A DNA stretch of 27,824 nt from Archaeoglobaceae archaeon (GCA_038893835.1 JAWAQR010000018.1:1-27824); one strand, 5' to 3'. Positions 7,711 to 16,907 are shown, counted from the first letter of the stretch. Numbers and translations: made by a program. The notes: a model not told the origin generated them from the sequence alone.

Positions 7711-8734
7711 GGTAATCCCCCGTTAGCGCATAAGCTCTTGCCCTACTACCCCCACATATGAAGCGAAACTCGCAGATCCCACATTTTCCCTTTAAATTGT
7801 TTGGATCTCTAAGCTTTACAAAGATTTCTGAATCTCTATAAATTTTTTCAATTCTTTCCTTTCTAACATTCCCAGCGGGTATGTTTAGAAAACCGCTCGG
7901 ATAAACATCCCCGGTATGGCTTATAAAGAACATACCCCTTCCATCAGTTACATAAGCCCTCTTTTCTGAATCGCTTCTTTTTCCCGCTTTAAGATCACTT
8001 ATTTCCCTGAGCAATTCATAGTAAAGTTCGCTAACGCTTGGCATTTCCCCTTTTTCTCTCATCTTTTCTATTCTCCTAAAATGCACCGCAGCAGAACTCT
8101 TAACGTTTATTAATCGTTTTAAATCGTATAGCCAGCAAAGGATATCCTCGAATTCTTGGGCACTCGGCATCATTTCCACTTTAGCTCTTCCAGTTGGAAC
8201 TAGGAAAAAGACGTCCCACATTTCAGCTCCAAGTTCTATGCATAATTTTACTATCTTTGGAAGTTCCGAAATATTCTGTTTTGTTACTGTCGTGTTAATC
8301 TGGAATGGTAAACCGACCTTTTTTGCGTTTTCAACGATCTCTAGACTTTTTTTGAAAGTCCCAGTTATACCTCTGATCTCGTCATGCGTCTTTTCCATTC
8401 CATCGATGCTTATTGCAATTCTTGAAACCCCTGCTTCCTTGAGTTCTCTCAATTTTTCAACTGTTGCAAGTTCAGTTCCGCTGAAAGCTATGGATACTCG
8501 AAATCTTTCAGATGCGTAGGAAACTATTTCGATCAAATCATCCCTCATCAGCGGATCTCCGCCGGTAAAAACTATCATTGGTCTTGAAAAGGCATATATT
8601 TCATCTATCAATCTAAGACATTCTTCGGTCGTGAGTTCTTTTGGATTTCTTTTCGTTACAGCTTTTGCTCTGCAATGTTTGCATGCGAGTTTGCAGGCTC
8701 TCGTTAGCTCCCAGAAGACTATAAAGGGATCCAT
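7667..8734 (-). CDS. Radical SAM/SPASM protein, TIGR04053-like / AhbD-like (candidate Fe-coproporphyrin III decarboxylase)
   Basis: WELTRACKLACKHCRA (CxxxCxxC), FTGGDPL.R.D, QINTTV, FFLVPTGR, FISHTGDVYPSGF and LKGKCGICEFRFICGGSRARAYA..GD.LAEEP.C.Y.P. Confidence 0.8.
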   Translation of the reverse strand: MDPFIVFWELTRACKLACKHCRAKAVTKRNPKELTTEECLRLIDEIYAFSRPMIVFTGGDPLMRDDLIEIVSYASERFRVSIAFSGTELATVEKLRELKEAGVSRIAISIDGMEKTHDEIRGITGTFKKSLEIVENAKKVGLPFQINTTVTKQNISELPKIVKLCIELGAEMWDVFFLVPTGRAKVEMMPSAQEFEDILCWLYDLKRLINVKSSAAVHFRRIEKMREKGEMPSVSELYYELLREISDLKAGKRSDSEKRAYVTDGRGMFFISHTGDVYPSGFLNIPAGNVRKERIEKIYRDSEIFVKLRDPNNLKGKCGICEFRFICGGSRARAYALTGDYLAEEPCCIYRPSKG

Positions 8735-8753
8735 ACAATACCACTCTGTAAAG

Positions 8754-8761
8754 TTATATAT
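8754..8761. promoter_or_regulatory. Central TATA element (TTATATAT) in the 47-bp divergent gap
   Basis: Lies 19 nt from ATG 8734 (-) and 20 nt from GTG 8782 (+); preceded by purine-rich TAAAG on the + strand. Confidence 0.5.
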
Positions 8762-8781
8762 GTGGCGATAAAGTTTTCTCT

Positions 8782-9678
8782 GTGAGTGTGATTGTTGAGA
8801 AACTCGTGAAAGACTTTGGAAATTTTCGCGCAGTTGATGAAGTTAGCTTTGAAGTTGAGGAAGGTGAAGTCTTTGGCATTCTTGGTCCAAATGGAGCTGG
8901 AAAGACGACGATCATTATGATACTCGCAACTCTCCTAAAGCCTAGCAAAGGTAGAGCGATTGTGGCTGGGCATGATGTTTTGAAAGAACCGGCAAAAGTC
9001 AGAAAGAAGATAGGAATCGTTTTTCAGGAGACAACTCTGGATTTGGAGTTAACAGCTAAAGAAAATCTGGATTTTCATGCTAGACTTTATGGAATGGGAA
9101 AAAGGGAGAGGGAAAGAAGGATTAGAGAAGTTTTAGAACTAGTAGAACTTGAAGATAAGGCGGATGTTGTGGTTAAGAAGTTCAGTGGAGGAATGAAAAG
9201 ACGCCTCGAAATTGCTAGAGGATTGATGCACTTTCCAAGGGTTTTGTTTCTCGACGAACCAACGCTTGGACTTGATGCGGTGACTAGGAGAAAGATATGG
9301 GATTATATATTTGAAGCTAAGGCAAACACAACGATAATTCTTACAACTCACTATATAGAAGAGGCTGAAAGATTATGCAACAGAGTTGCGATAATGAATA
9401 AGGGAAAGGTGATTGCAATGGATAAGCCCAGTAAGTTAATTAATTCCGCGAAAAGCGTTGTTGTTTTGGAAGGAGGAGATTTTGAGAGAATTAAGGATTT
9501 TTTAAACGGCTATGAATATGCGATGTCAGGAAGTGGTTTGAGGATTTATGCTGAAGATGGGGAAAAGGTTCTTTCGGAATTGATTTCGGTTGCAAAAGAG
9601 AAGGGTGTTAAAATAACATCTGCCAGAATAGAAAAACCAACGCTTGAGGATGTTTTCATTCAACTGATGAAAAAGTAG
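8782..9678 (+). CDS. ABC-2/DrrA-type exporter ATP-binding subunit
   Basis: Walker A GPNGAGKTT, Q-loop VFQE, signature FSGGMKRRLEIARGL, Walker B LFLDEPT.GLD, H-loop LTTHY and C-terminal PTLEDVF. Confidence 0.92.
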   Translation: MSVIVEKLVKDFGNFRAVDEVSFEVEEGEVFGILGPNGAGKTTIIMILATLLKPSKGRAIVAGHDVLKEPAKVRKKIGIVFQETTLDLELTAKENLDFHARLYGMGKRERERRIREVLELVELEDKADVVVKKFSGGMKRRLEIARGLMHFPRVLFLDEPTLGLDAVTRRKIWDYIFEAKANTTIILTTHYIEEAERLCNRVAIMNKGKVIAMDKPSKLINSAKSVVVLEGGDFERIKDFLNGYEYAMSGSGLRIYAEDGEKVLSELISVAKEKGVKITSARIEKPTLEDVFIQLMKK

Positions 9679-9725
9679 AGCAAAATTTTTATATTAAGCA
9701 TGGCCAATAATTGAGGGGAATCGTG

Positions 9726-9968
9726 ATGAAAGTTCCGGCAAGAAGTCTTTCAAGGAAAACGGTCGTCTTGACGGATGGAACTGTAGTTGGCGCTCTCTAC
9801 AACATAACGGTCGACTTCAAAACGGGAGCTTTGTTGAATCTCATAGTTAAACCCCTGAACGAAATACCCGAGTTTAGGAAGGAAGAAAATATGTACATCA
9901 TCCCATTTTCCGCAGTCTCATCCTTGAGGGATTACATAGTAGTAGATAAGGGGAAGATAAAGTCGTGA
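9726..9968 (+). CDS. PRC-barrel domain protein, CdpB1-like (cell division)
   Basis: A..LS.K.V...DGT.VG.LYNITVD.KTG.L..L.V.P and IPF.AV....DYIVV; 80 aa from ATG 9726, with GAGGGG upstream. Confidence 0.8.
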   Translation: MKVPARSLSRKTVVLTDGTVVGALYNITVDFKTGALLNLIVKPLNEIPEFRKEENMYIIPFSAVSSLRDYIVVDKGKIKS

Positions 9969-10663
9969 GGGATTATCTTTTTCCACCGATCATTCTCCCC
10001 CTATTTTTGATTTTGATAGTTCTACCAGCCCTCATCCTCTTTCTAATCTTTACAGGCTCGACCGTCTTTAGAATAGTTTTTGGCATCGACAGCAATGAAG
10101 CTCTTTTGCTTTTTGCGATGATCGTGATCGGAAGCTTCATAAACATCCCTCTTTACGAAAAAAGAGGTTTGGAAGTTGTTAGAAGGTATGAAATCTTTGG
10201 TCTCATCTACACGGTAAAAAGAAGAAAAAGGCTTACAGTCGCAGTTAATGTTGGTGGCTGCATTTTACCCGTGATTCTTGCAATGAAGCTCACATATGAA
10301 GTTTTGGAATTCATCCAACTCCCGATATTTCTCGGAGCCTTTGCTATATCTTCTTTAATCATTTATGGATTTGCCAAACCGATTCCGGGAGTTGGAATTG
10401 TTGTCCCAATGATTTTACCGCCAATTGTGGCAACTGCTTCGAGCATAGTAGTTCTGTTTTTGTCAGAATCTCCTTGGATACTGCTCCCAAAACTTTCATT
10501 TTCGATTGGTGTTCTCTCAGCTCTATTTGGAGCTGATATATTGCATCTCCGAGACATTGAAAAGATAGGCTATGGAGTTGTGAGCATTGGGGGTGCTGGC
10601 ACCTTTGATGGCATATTCCTAACGGGAATATTTTCGGTCTTATTTTCAGTTCTATTCATCTAG
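9965..10663 (+). CDS. DUF1614-family membrane protein
   Basis: GSFINIPL, AVNVGGCILP, KPIPGVGIVVP, GADILHL and SIGGAGTFDGIFLTGI motifs; multiple TM helices. Confidence 0.85.
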   Translation: MRDYLFPPIILPLFLILIVLPALILFLIFTGSTVFRIVFGIDSNEALLLFAMIVIGSFINIPLYEKRGLEVVRRYEIFGLIYTVKRRKRLTVAVNVGGCILPVILAMKLTYEVLEFIQLPIFLGAFAISSLIIYGFAKPIPGVGIVVPMILPPIVATASSIVVLFLSESPWILLPKLSFSIGVLSALFGADILHLRDIEKIGYGVVSIGGAGTFDGIFLTGIFSVLFSVLFI

Positions 10664-11554
10664 TAAATCTCTCACAGCTTTTCTAACTGCTTCCTCACTG
10701 TTGTATCTCGGTCTCCAGCCAAATCTTTTCAACTTCTCTATAGACAGCAACATCACGGGCACATCTCCAATCCACCCTCTCTCACCACCAGTAAATTTAA
10801 AGACGGGATTTAAACCCATTTCACTGCACACAATTTCTGCAATTTTTTTTACCTTTATTTGGTCCTCACTTCCTATGTTGAAGATGTTAACATTTTCTTC
10901 AGCCTTCAAGCCAGCAAACATAGCATCTATGCAGTCATCAATGTAGATGTAAGACTTGTTCTGCTCCCCATTACCGAGTATCTCGAGCTCCTTTGGATTT
11001 GCTCTCAACTTCCTAATGAAATCGTATATAACTCCGTGCGTACTCCTTCTACCAATGACGTTTGCAAATCTGTATATGTAGGCAGTCATGCCAAATGTGT
11101 GACAGTAAGATTCAATTAACGCCTCGCAGGCTAACTTGGATGCGCCATAAACGCTTATCGGATGTGTAGGATGATCTTCAGGAGTTGGAATAATTTTCGC
11201 CTCACCATAGACGGTGGAAGTGGATGTGAAGATCATTTTTTTCACTCCAGCTTTTCTCATAGCTTCAAGTAATCTGAAAGTTGCTAGAACATTGTTTCTA
11301 TAAATCTCCTCAGGTTTTTCGTATCCAATTCTTACATCAGGATTTGCAGCGAGATGCCAGACTTCTTCAGCTCTTCTGACAAAATCGTCAAGATCATCTC
11401 TTGCCAAGTCAACTAGAAAGAATTCTGCATTCTCATTTACAAATTCCCTTTTACCACTCGAAAGATTGTCTAGAACAACTACTCTGTCCATTTCGACAAG
11501 TCTGTCTACTAGATGGCTCCCTATGAATCCAGCTCCACCTGTAACGAGAATCAT
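10652..11554 (-). CDS. NAD-dependent epimerase/dehydratase (extended SDR, UDP-glucose 4-epimerase-like)
   Basis: ILVTGGAGFIGSHL, DNLSSG, HLAANPDV, STSTVYG, YGASK (YxxxK). Start reassigned to ATG 11554. Confidence 0.92.
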   Translation of the reverse strand: MILVTGGAGFIGSHLVDRLVEMDRVVVLDNLSSGKREFVNENAEFFLVDLARDDLDDFVRRAEEVWHLAANPDVRIGYEKPEEIYRNNVLATFRLLEAMRKAGVKKMIFTSTSTVYGEAKIIPTPEDHPTHPISVYGASKLACEALIESYCHTFGMTAYIYRFANVIGRRSTHGVIYDFIRKLRANPKELEILGNGEQNKSYIYIDDCIDAMFAGLKAEENVNIFNIGSEDQIKVKKIAEIVCSEMGLNPVFKFTGGERGWIGDVPVMLLSIEKLKRFGWRPRYNSEEAVRKAVRDLLDE

Positions 11555-11613
11555 CAGCAAAGCTTTTATATATGTAGTTGATATACTTTTTTCCACTTTG
11601 GAGGTGGACAACG

Positions 11614-11832
11614 ATGCTCCCAAATCAAATGGTTAAGTCTTTACTTGGAAAGACGATCAGGGTAGAAATGAAGGGTGAGGAGCACGAACTAGTTGGCAGA
11701 TTGGAGGGAGTGGATGAATACATGAATCTCTTTCTCACGAACGCGACGGAATGTAAGGGAGATGAAAAAATAAGAAATCTGGGTAACATAATTCTGAGAG
11801 GAAACAATGTCGTGCTTATAAGACCAGAATGA
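11614..11832 (+). CDS. Sm-like (Lsm) RNA-binding protein, Archaeoglobus Sm2 type
   Basis: MLPNQMVKSLLGKTIRVEMKGEE..LVG.LEGVD.YMNL.L (Sm1 motif) and LG.IILRGNNVVLI (Sm2 motif); SD GGAGGTG at 11600-11606. Confidence 0.93.
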   Translation: MLPNQMVKSLLGKTIRVEMKGEEHELVGRLEGVDEYMNLFLTNATECKGDEKIRNLGNIILRGNNVVLIRPE

Positions 11833-12212
11833 CTGACTTCCAGCTCGTTGATACTAGAGAAGAGATTTTGAAGATATTAGAACAGAAAGGAGAAATTTTG
11901 CAGAAAGATCTATGGAAGGAGTTGAAAATAGACAGCAGCAAGTGTTCGAGAATTTTGAGAAAGCTGGAAAAGGAGGGATTAATCAAAAGGGTGGAAGTAG
12001 TAGTCGATGGTGTAAAGACGTTCAAAATAGTTTCAACGAAATTCGAGGGAAGGGGAGCAGAGGAAGAAAAACTCGATTTAAAGGCAGTAATGGACAGAAT
12101 GGAACAAGTTACAAAGCTACCTCCATGTTATGGATGCTTGGATTTGGAATGTGAGGCAGAGAGATGTTTGAAGTTGGAAGTCTGGTTTTTGAAGTTATGC
12201 AAAGTGGGATAA
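11829..12212 (+). CDS. Winged-helix protein with C-terminal 4-Cys motif; TFE-beta / RPC34 homolog
   Basis: wHTH (ILQKDLWKELKIDSSKCSRILRKLEKEGLIKR) plus PPCYGCLDLECEAERCLKLEVW (Cx2Cx4Cx4CxxLxxW); ATGA overlap with Sm2. Confidence 0.78.
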   Translation: MTDFQLVDTREEILKILEQKGEILQKDLWKELKIDSSKCSRILRKLEKEGLIKRVEVVVDGVKTFKIVSTKFEGRGAEEEKLDLKAVMDRMEQVTKLPPCYGCLDLECEAERCLKLEVWFLKLCKVG

Positions 12213-12245
12213 GTATTTAAGCTGGAGGAGAATAATAATTTAAAA

Positions 12246-14111
12246 ATGGAAGACGTTAGAGAGTTATTGGGTGGATTGGATTTTGAGGATACTAGCCAGA
12301 TTAAGGTGCCTGAGAGGTTGATAGATCAAGTTATAGGTCAAGATCATGCAGTTGAGGCGATAAAGAAGGCAGCAGTTCAAAAAAGACATGTGATGCTCAT
12401 AGGTTCCCCGGGAACTGGAAAGTCAATGCTAGCAAAGGCGATGGCCGAATTACTGCCAAAAGAAGAACTTGAGGATATTTTGGTTTATCCAAATCCGCAA
12501 GATCCAAATCAGCCAAAGATAAAAGTAGTTCCAGCAGGAAAGGGAAAGGAAATAGTTGAAGCCTATAAGCAAGAGGCGATGAAGAAAGCGCAAGCGAGAA
12601 ATTTCCTAATTTTCTCACTTGTGATGCTCGTAATTCTTTACACAATACTGACAAATCCAGCAAATTTCATCTGGGGATTGATTGCGGCAATTCTGCTTTT
12701 GATGGTAGCCAGGTACTTTATTCCAAGGGAGGAGAGAAACATTCCAAAGCTGTTGGTTGACAACTCTGAAAGAAAAACAGCTCCATTTGAAGATGCAACT
12801 GGAGCACATGCTGGGGCCCTATTTGGAGATGTTAGACATGATCCCTTCCAGAGTGGAGGACTTGAAACACCGGCACATGAGAGAGTTGAGGCTGGAGCAA
12901 TTCATAGAGCACATAAGGGGGTTTTATACATCGATGAAATAAACACACTTACAATTGAATCTCAGCAGAAATTGCTTACCGCCTTACAGGATAAGAAGTT
13001 CCCGATAACTGGACAAAGTGAAAGGAGTAGTGGAGCGATGGTTAGGACTGAGCCAGTTCCTTGCGACTTCATATTAGTGGCTGCTGGAAATCTGGATGCA
13101 CTTATGGGAATGCATCCCGCACTTCGTAGCAGAATTGAAGGTTATGGTTACGAAATATACATGAACGATACGATGCCAGATACGCCGGAGAATAGGCAAA
13201 AACTGGTTAGATTCGTTGCACAGGAAGTGGTTAAGGATGGTAAAATACCACACTTCGACAAGTATGCGGTAGCTGAGATAATAAGGGAAGCGATGAGGAG
13301 AGCGGGGAGAAGGAATCATCTCACTTTAAGACTTAGAGAACTCGGTGGATTGATAAGAACGGCAGGGGACATTGCAAAGAGTGAAGGTTCAAATCTCGTA
13401 CGACTAGAGCATGTTCTTAAAGCCAAGAAGATTGCAAAGACGATTGAAGAGCAACTTGCGGACAAATATATCGAAAGAAGGAAGGATTATCGACTCTTCA
13501 TAACCGAGGGTTATGAAATTGGAAGAGTCAATGGACTTGCAGTCATTGGAGAGACAGCTGGAATCGTTTTGCCGATAATAGCTGAAGTCACACCAGCGAT
13601 AAGCAAGTCGGAGGGGAAAGTAATAGCCACTGGAAGATTGCAGGAGATTGCGAGAGAAGCTGTTATGAACGTTTCTGCGATAATAAAGAAGATAATTGGA
13701 AAGGATACTTCAAACTACGACATACATATACAGTTCGTTGGAACGTATGAAGGAGTTGAGGGAGATTCTGCAAGCATAAGCATAGCGACTGCTGTTATTT
13801 CAGCTATAGAAGGAATTCCTGTTGATCAGTCCGTTGCAATGACTGGAAGTCTTTCCGTTCGCGGCGATGTGCTTCCAGTTGGAGGTGTCACGCAGAAAAT
13901 AGAGGCAGCAATTCAGGCAGGGTTGAAGAAGGTTATAATTCCTAAAGGAAACGTTGACGACGTTTTGCTTGATGCGGAACATGAGGGGAAGATAGAAATA
14001 ATTCCAGTCTGCAGAATTGAGGAAGTTTTGGAGCATGCATTGGCTGATAGTGAAAAGAAGGCAAAGCTTATAGCGAAGTTTAAAGAATACGCCTACGCTT
14101 TGGCAAGCTGA
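12246..14111 (+). CDS. lonB: Membrane-anchored ATP-dependent protease LonB
   Basis: DQVIGQ, Walker A GSPGTGKS, two-TM insertion, Walker B LYIDE, catalytic Ser in EGDSAS and Lys in GGVTQK. Confidence 0.97.
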   Translation: MEDVRELLGGLDFEDTSQIKVPERLIDQVIGQDHAVEAIKKAAVQKRHVMLIGSPGTGKSMLAKAMAELLPKEELEDILVYPNPQDPNQPKIKVVPAGKGKEIVEAYKQEAMKKAQARNFLIFSLVMLVILYTILTNPANFIWGLIAAILLLMVARYFIPREERNIPKLLVDNSERKTAPFEDATGAHAGALFGDVRHDPFQSGGLETPAHERVEAGAIHRAHKGVLYIDEINTLTIESQQKLLTALQDKKFPITGQSERSSGAMVRTEPVPCDFILVAAGNLDALMGMHPALRSRIEGYGYEIYMNDTMPDTPENRQKLVRFVAQEVVKDGKIPHFDKYAVAEIIREAMRRAGRRNHLTLRLRELGGLIRTAGDIAKSEGSNLVRLEHVLKAKKIAKTIEEQLADKYIERRKDYRLFITEGYEIGRVNGLAVIGETAGIVLPIIAEVTPAISKSEGKVIATGRLQEIAREAVMNVSAIIKKIIGKDTSNYDIHIQFVGTYEGVEGDSASISIATAVISAIEGIPVDQSVAMTGSLSVRGDVLPVGGVTQKIEAAIQAGLKKVIIPKGNVDDVLLDAEHEGKIEIIPVCRIEEVLEHALADSEKKAKLIAKFKEYAYALAS

Positions 14112-15277
14112 TCGAACCATCTTTTCAGCATTTCGAACTGCTCATAAGTGTTCATCACATCGCAATCCATGGGGCTCTTGAAGAAGAAGGCTAGTTCTTT
14201 TACAACTCCACCTATTTCGTTTTTCTTTGCAAAAAGTAGAAATCTGGCAATGTCGAGAATTAAAGGAGATGCTAAAATCGCATCTATCGCATCCCAGATG
14301 AAATAGAACTTCATAAGTTTACCCAAAAAACCTTTAAAGTGAATGAAATCGAATGCCGTTTTGTTATCCACAAGGCTCGGGAAAAAGGCTATGTCTGTTA
14401 TGCTGAATGGAGAATAACCTAAAATTTTCTCCAAAACTTTGTCCTTGCTCACTATTTTGCTTTCCCTATTTTCCCTAGCCGATAGAACTTTTCCATCGTA
14501 GTCGCCTAGAATGTTGTAACTCATCCATCCTACTACCTTTAAATTCCTGTATACAAACATTGGGGCTATCGTTGTCTTAACCAGAGTCTCTCCAGTTTTG
14601 CCATCGTTCCCAGCGTGAGGGACATTTTTCTCCTTTGCCAATTTTTTTAAAGCTGGAATTGAAGAACCAACACTCGGTGTAAAATTTGCGTAGGGTATTC
14701 CCAGTTTTATCGCTGAATACGCATAAAGCATGCTTGCGGTTGCAAACTCCTTTGCATCCAATTCTATCATTTCTTCAAAGCCCTCTATGCTGCTGTGAAA
14801 TCTTTCATTCAGCTTTGGCAGAGGTTCTGTGGATGCAACGTTTATCACAACTGTTTCATCATCTGCAAAGTTCTTCATATCCTTCATCAGTCTGTTAACT
14901 ATTTCTTTCAAGCTCAAGCCTTCATCCTCGAGCGTTTGGATTTTTCCTAGCTCTCTTATTCCAGGCCCACAGTTCAATGCAGTTCCCTTAACAGCAGAAA
15001 TTTTTTCAAGTTCTTCCTTGACTGCTAGAAGGATTTCGAGATCGAAGTGTCTGTTCATCTCCCAATGTTCTCTGCTCGCAACGTATGCGTTTGGTAATAA
15101 TCTTATCTCATGTCCTCCGAATTCAAACTGGAAAGGAACGATGTTTTCTATCTCCCTGAATGGTTCTAGTTCAGTTACAAGTCCAGTTTTTTCAGCGATC
15201 CCCTTTTCGATTGCCTTTGCCCCGACCATCGCAGTTGTTGAGACAATCCCATATGAACCTATCAACCAGATCTTCAT
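14093..15277 (-). CDS. ino1: myo-inositol-1(3)-phosphate synthase
   Basis: GSYGIVSTT, INVASTE, YANFTPS, GNDGKTGET, YNILGDYDG, DNKTAFD, WDAIDAILA.PL and FFFKSP. Confidence 0.95.
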   Translation of the reverse strand: MKIWLIGSYGIVSTTAMVGAKAIEKGIAEKTGLVTELEPFREIENIVPFQFEFGGHEIRLLPNAYVASREHWEMNRHFDLEILLAVKEELEKISAVKGTALNCGPGIRELGKIQTLEDEGLSLKEIVNRLMKDMKNFADDETVVINVASTEPLPKLNERFHSSIEGFEEMIELDAKEFATASMLYAYSAIKLGIPYANFTPSVGSSIPALKKLAKEKNVPHAGNDGKTGETLVKTTIAPMFVYRNLKVVGWMSYNILGDYDGKVLSARENRESKIVSKDKVLEKILGYSPFSITDIAFFPSLVDNKTAFDFIHFKGFLGKLMKFYFIWDAIDAILASPLILDIARFLLFAKKNEIGGVVKELAFFFKSPMDCDVMNTYEQFEMLKRWFDQLAKA

Positions 15278-16320
15278 TTTTCCACCCTAAAATATTCATT
15301 CACGTTTTCCATAGCCTTTTTCACGAGCTCGACAGCCCATTCGACATCTTTTAGATCCACAACTTCCACAGGGCTGTGGATATATCTAGCTGGAATGCTC
15401 ACAACTCCAGCTGGAATTCCTTCTCTAGTTAAATTTATTGCAGTGGCATCCGTTGTTCCACCTTCCGCAACTTCCAATTGATACGGAATCCCATTCTTCT
15501 CCGCAGTTTCCCTAAGCCACTCTAAAACCTTTTGCGATACTATCAATCCCCTCCCAGATGCGTCAACTATTGTTATCACTGGTCCTTTTCCAAGGGAAAC
15601 ATCCATGTGCACAGCTTCGCTTCCAGGAAAGTCTGTGGAAGGACAGGAATCTACTGCTATTCCAACGTCTGGATTTAGGAGATAGGCTGAACATTTTGCC
15701 CCTTTTAATCCCACCTCCTCCTGCGAGCTTGCCACTAAATGTATTGTTGCCGAATTCTTGCATCTCCTGAAGCTCTCTATCGCAACAGCCAATCCAACTC
15801 TATTGTCGAATGCTTTACCAGTTATCCTGTTATTTTCCAGCAATGCAACTTCTCTGTCAATCGCAATCGGTGTTCCAACGTTTATCCCCAATTTTATGAC
15901 CTCCTCTTTACTTTTAGCCCCGATATCGATGAACATATCGCTAATCTCTATCGCCTTCTTTCTTTCCTCTTCCTTCATAACATGCGGAGGTTTGCATCCA
16001 ACAACTCCATAGAATTTCTTTTTTCCATAGAGTATTACTCTCTGTCCGACAACTATCTGCGAAAACCAACCACCAATTGGAGCAAATCTGATAAATCCTT
16101 TCTCATCTATCTTCTTTACAACAAAGCCTATCTCATCCATGTGAGCTGAGAGCATCAAGCTTAAGTCGTTTCCATTTTTCGTTGCAATCACATTTCCCAT
16201 TTTATCAACTTTTACCTCATCCGCAAAATCCTCGACTTCAGCCTTAACGATTTCCCTTATTTCATCCTCGAAGCCACTTATTCCGTGTGCATTGCTGAGC
16301 TTTTTTATCAACTCAATCAT
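15274..16320 (-). CDS. M42-family (TET/FrvX-like) metallo-aminopeptidase
   Basis: G.SG.E, AHMDEIG, GKAFDNR, QEEVGLKGA, GGTTDA and RYIHSPVE metal/catalytic motifs. Confidence 0.94.
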   Translation of the reverse strand: MIELIKKLSNAHGISGFEDEIREIVKAEVEDFADEVKVDKMGNVIATKNGNDLSLMLSAHMDEIGFVVKKIDEKGFIRFAPIGGWFSQIVVGQRVILYGKKKFYGVVGCKPPHVMKEEERKKAIEISDMFIDIGAKSKEEVIKLGINVGTPIAIDREVALLENNRITGKAFDNRVGLAVAIESFRRCKNSATIHLVASSQEEVGLKGAKCSAYLLNPDVGIAVDSCPSTDFPGSEAVHMDVSLGKGPVITIVDASGRGLIVSQKVLEWLRETAEKNGIPYQLEVAEGGTTDATAINLTREGIPAGVVSIPARYIHSPVEVVDLKDVEWAVELVKKAMENVNEYFRVEK

Positions 16321-16859
16321 AAACTCACCTCATTCTCTATGCTATGTCTTCTTGCTAAATCTTCTTCATTGATATTCTTTTTTTCCATTATTTCAGCAAC
16401 GATTCCTTCGAGGAAAAGAAGTGCTGTCAGCTCAAAAATTGTGCCGAGGGGAGCAATTTTTGAAACTTCTTTCCCAAACTTCCTTTTAAGAACTATTGTA
16501 AAATCCGAGATCTTCGAAATCCTGGATTCTGGATTCGAAGTTATTGCAACTGTTTTTGCTCCAAGCTCTTTTGCTTTTTTCACAAGTCCTAATACGTATG
16601 GCGTTTCTCCACTACCACTAATTGCAATGAGTAGGTCACCATTTCCTATTCTTGGTGTTATCGTTTCTCCGATCACAAAAGCTGTGTATCCAAGATGCAT
16701 CAAGCGCATTGCAAAAGCTTTGGCTACAAGTCCACTCCTTCCGATTCCGGCTGTATATATTCTCTTAGCTTCCTCAATCATCTTTAAAAACTCCTCGATT
16801 TTTTCCTTATCATACAAATCCTCGATGCTCTTGCTTATGACTTCGATGAACTTTTGCAT
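16317..16859 (-). CDS. hxlB: 6-phospho-3-hexuloisomerase (SIS domain)
   Basis: [42 protein letters not shown] and RH. Confidence 0.92.
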   Translation of the reverse strand: MQKFIEVISKSIEDLYDKEKIEEFLKMIEEAKRIYTAGIGRSGLVAKAFAMRLMHLGYTAFVIGETITPRIGNGDLLIAISGSGETPYVLGLVKKAKELGAKTVAITSNPESRISKISDFTIVLKRKFGKEVSKIAPLGTIFELTALLFLEGIVAEIMEKKNINEEDLARRHSIENEVSL

Positions 16860-16907
16860 ACTCGTAACTTCTCGAAAAGCTTAATAAGAATATCCATTAA
16901 AACGTTT

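Noticed and set aside
11555-11623. Longer N-termini given by the ORF track for the epimerase and Sm2 (likewise mtd, PiT, DUF47, Trm112, TsaA, PPS)
   Set aside because: The extensions cross promoters or neighbouring genes, and family similarity begins at the downstream ATG.
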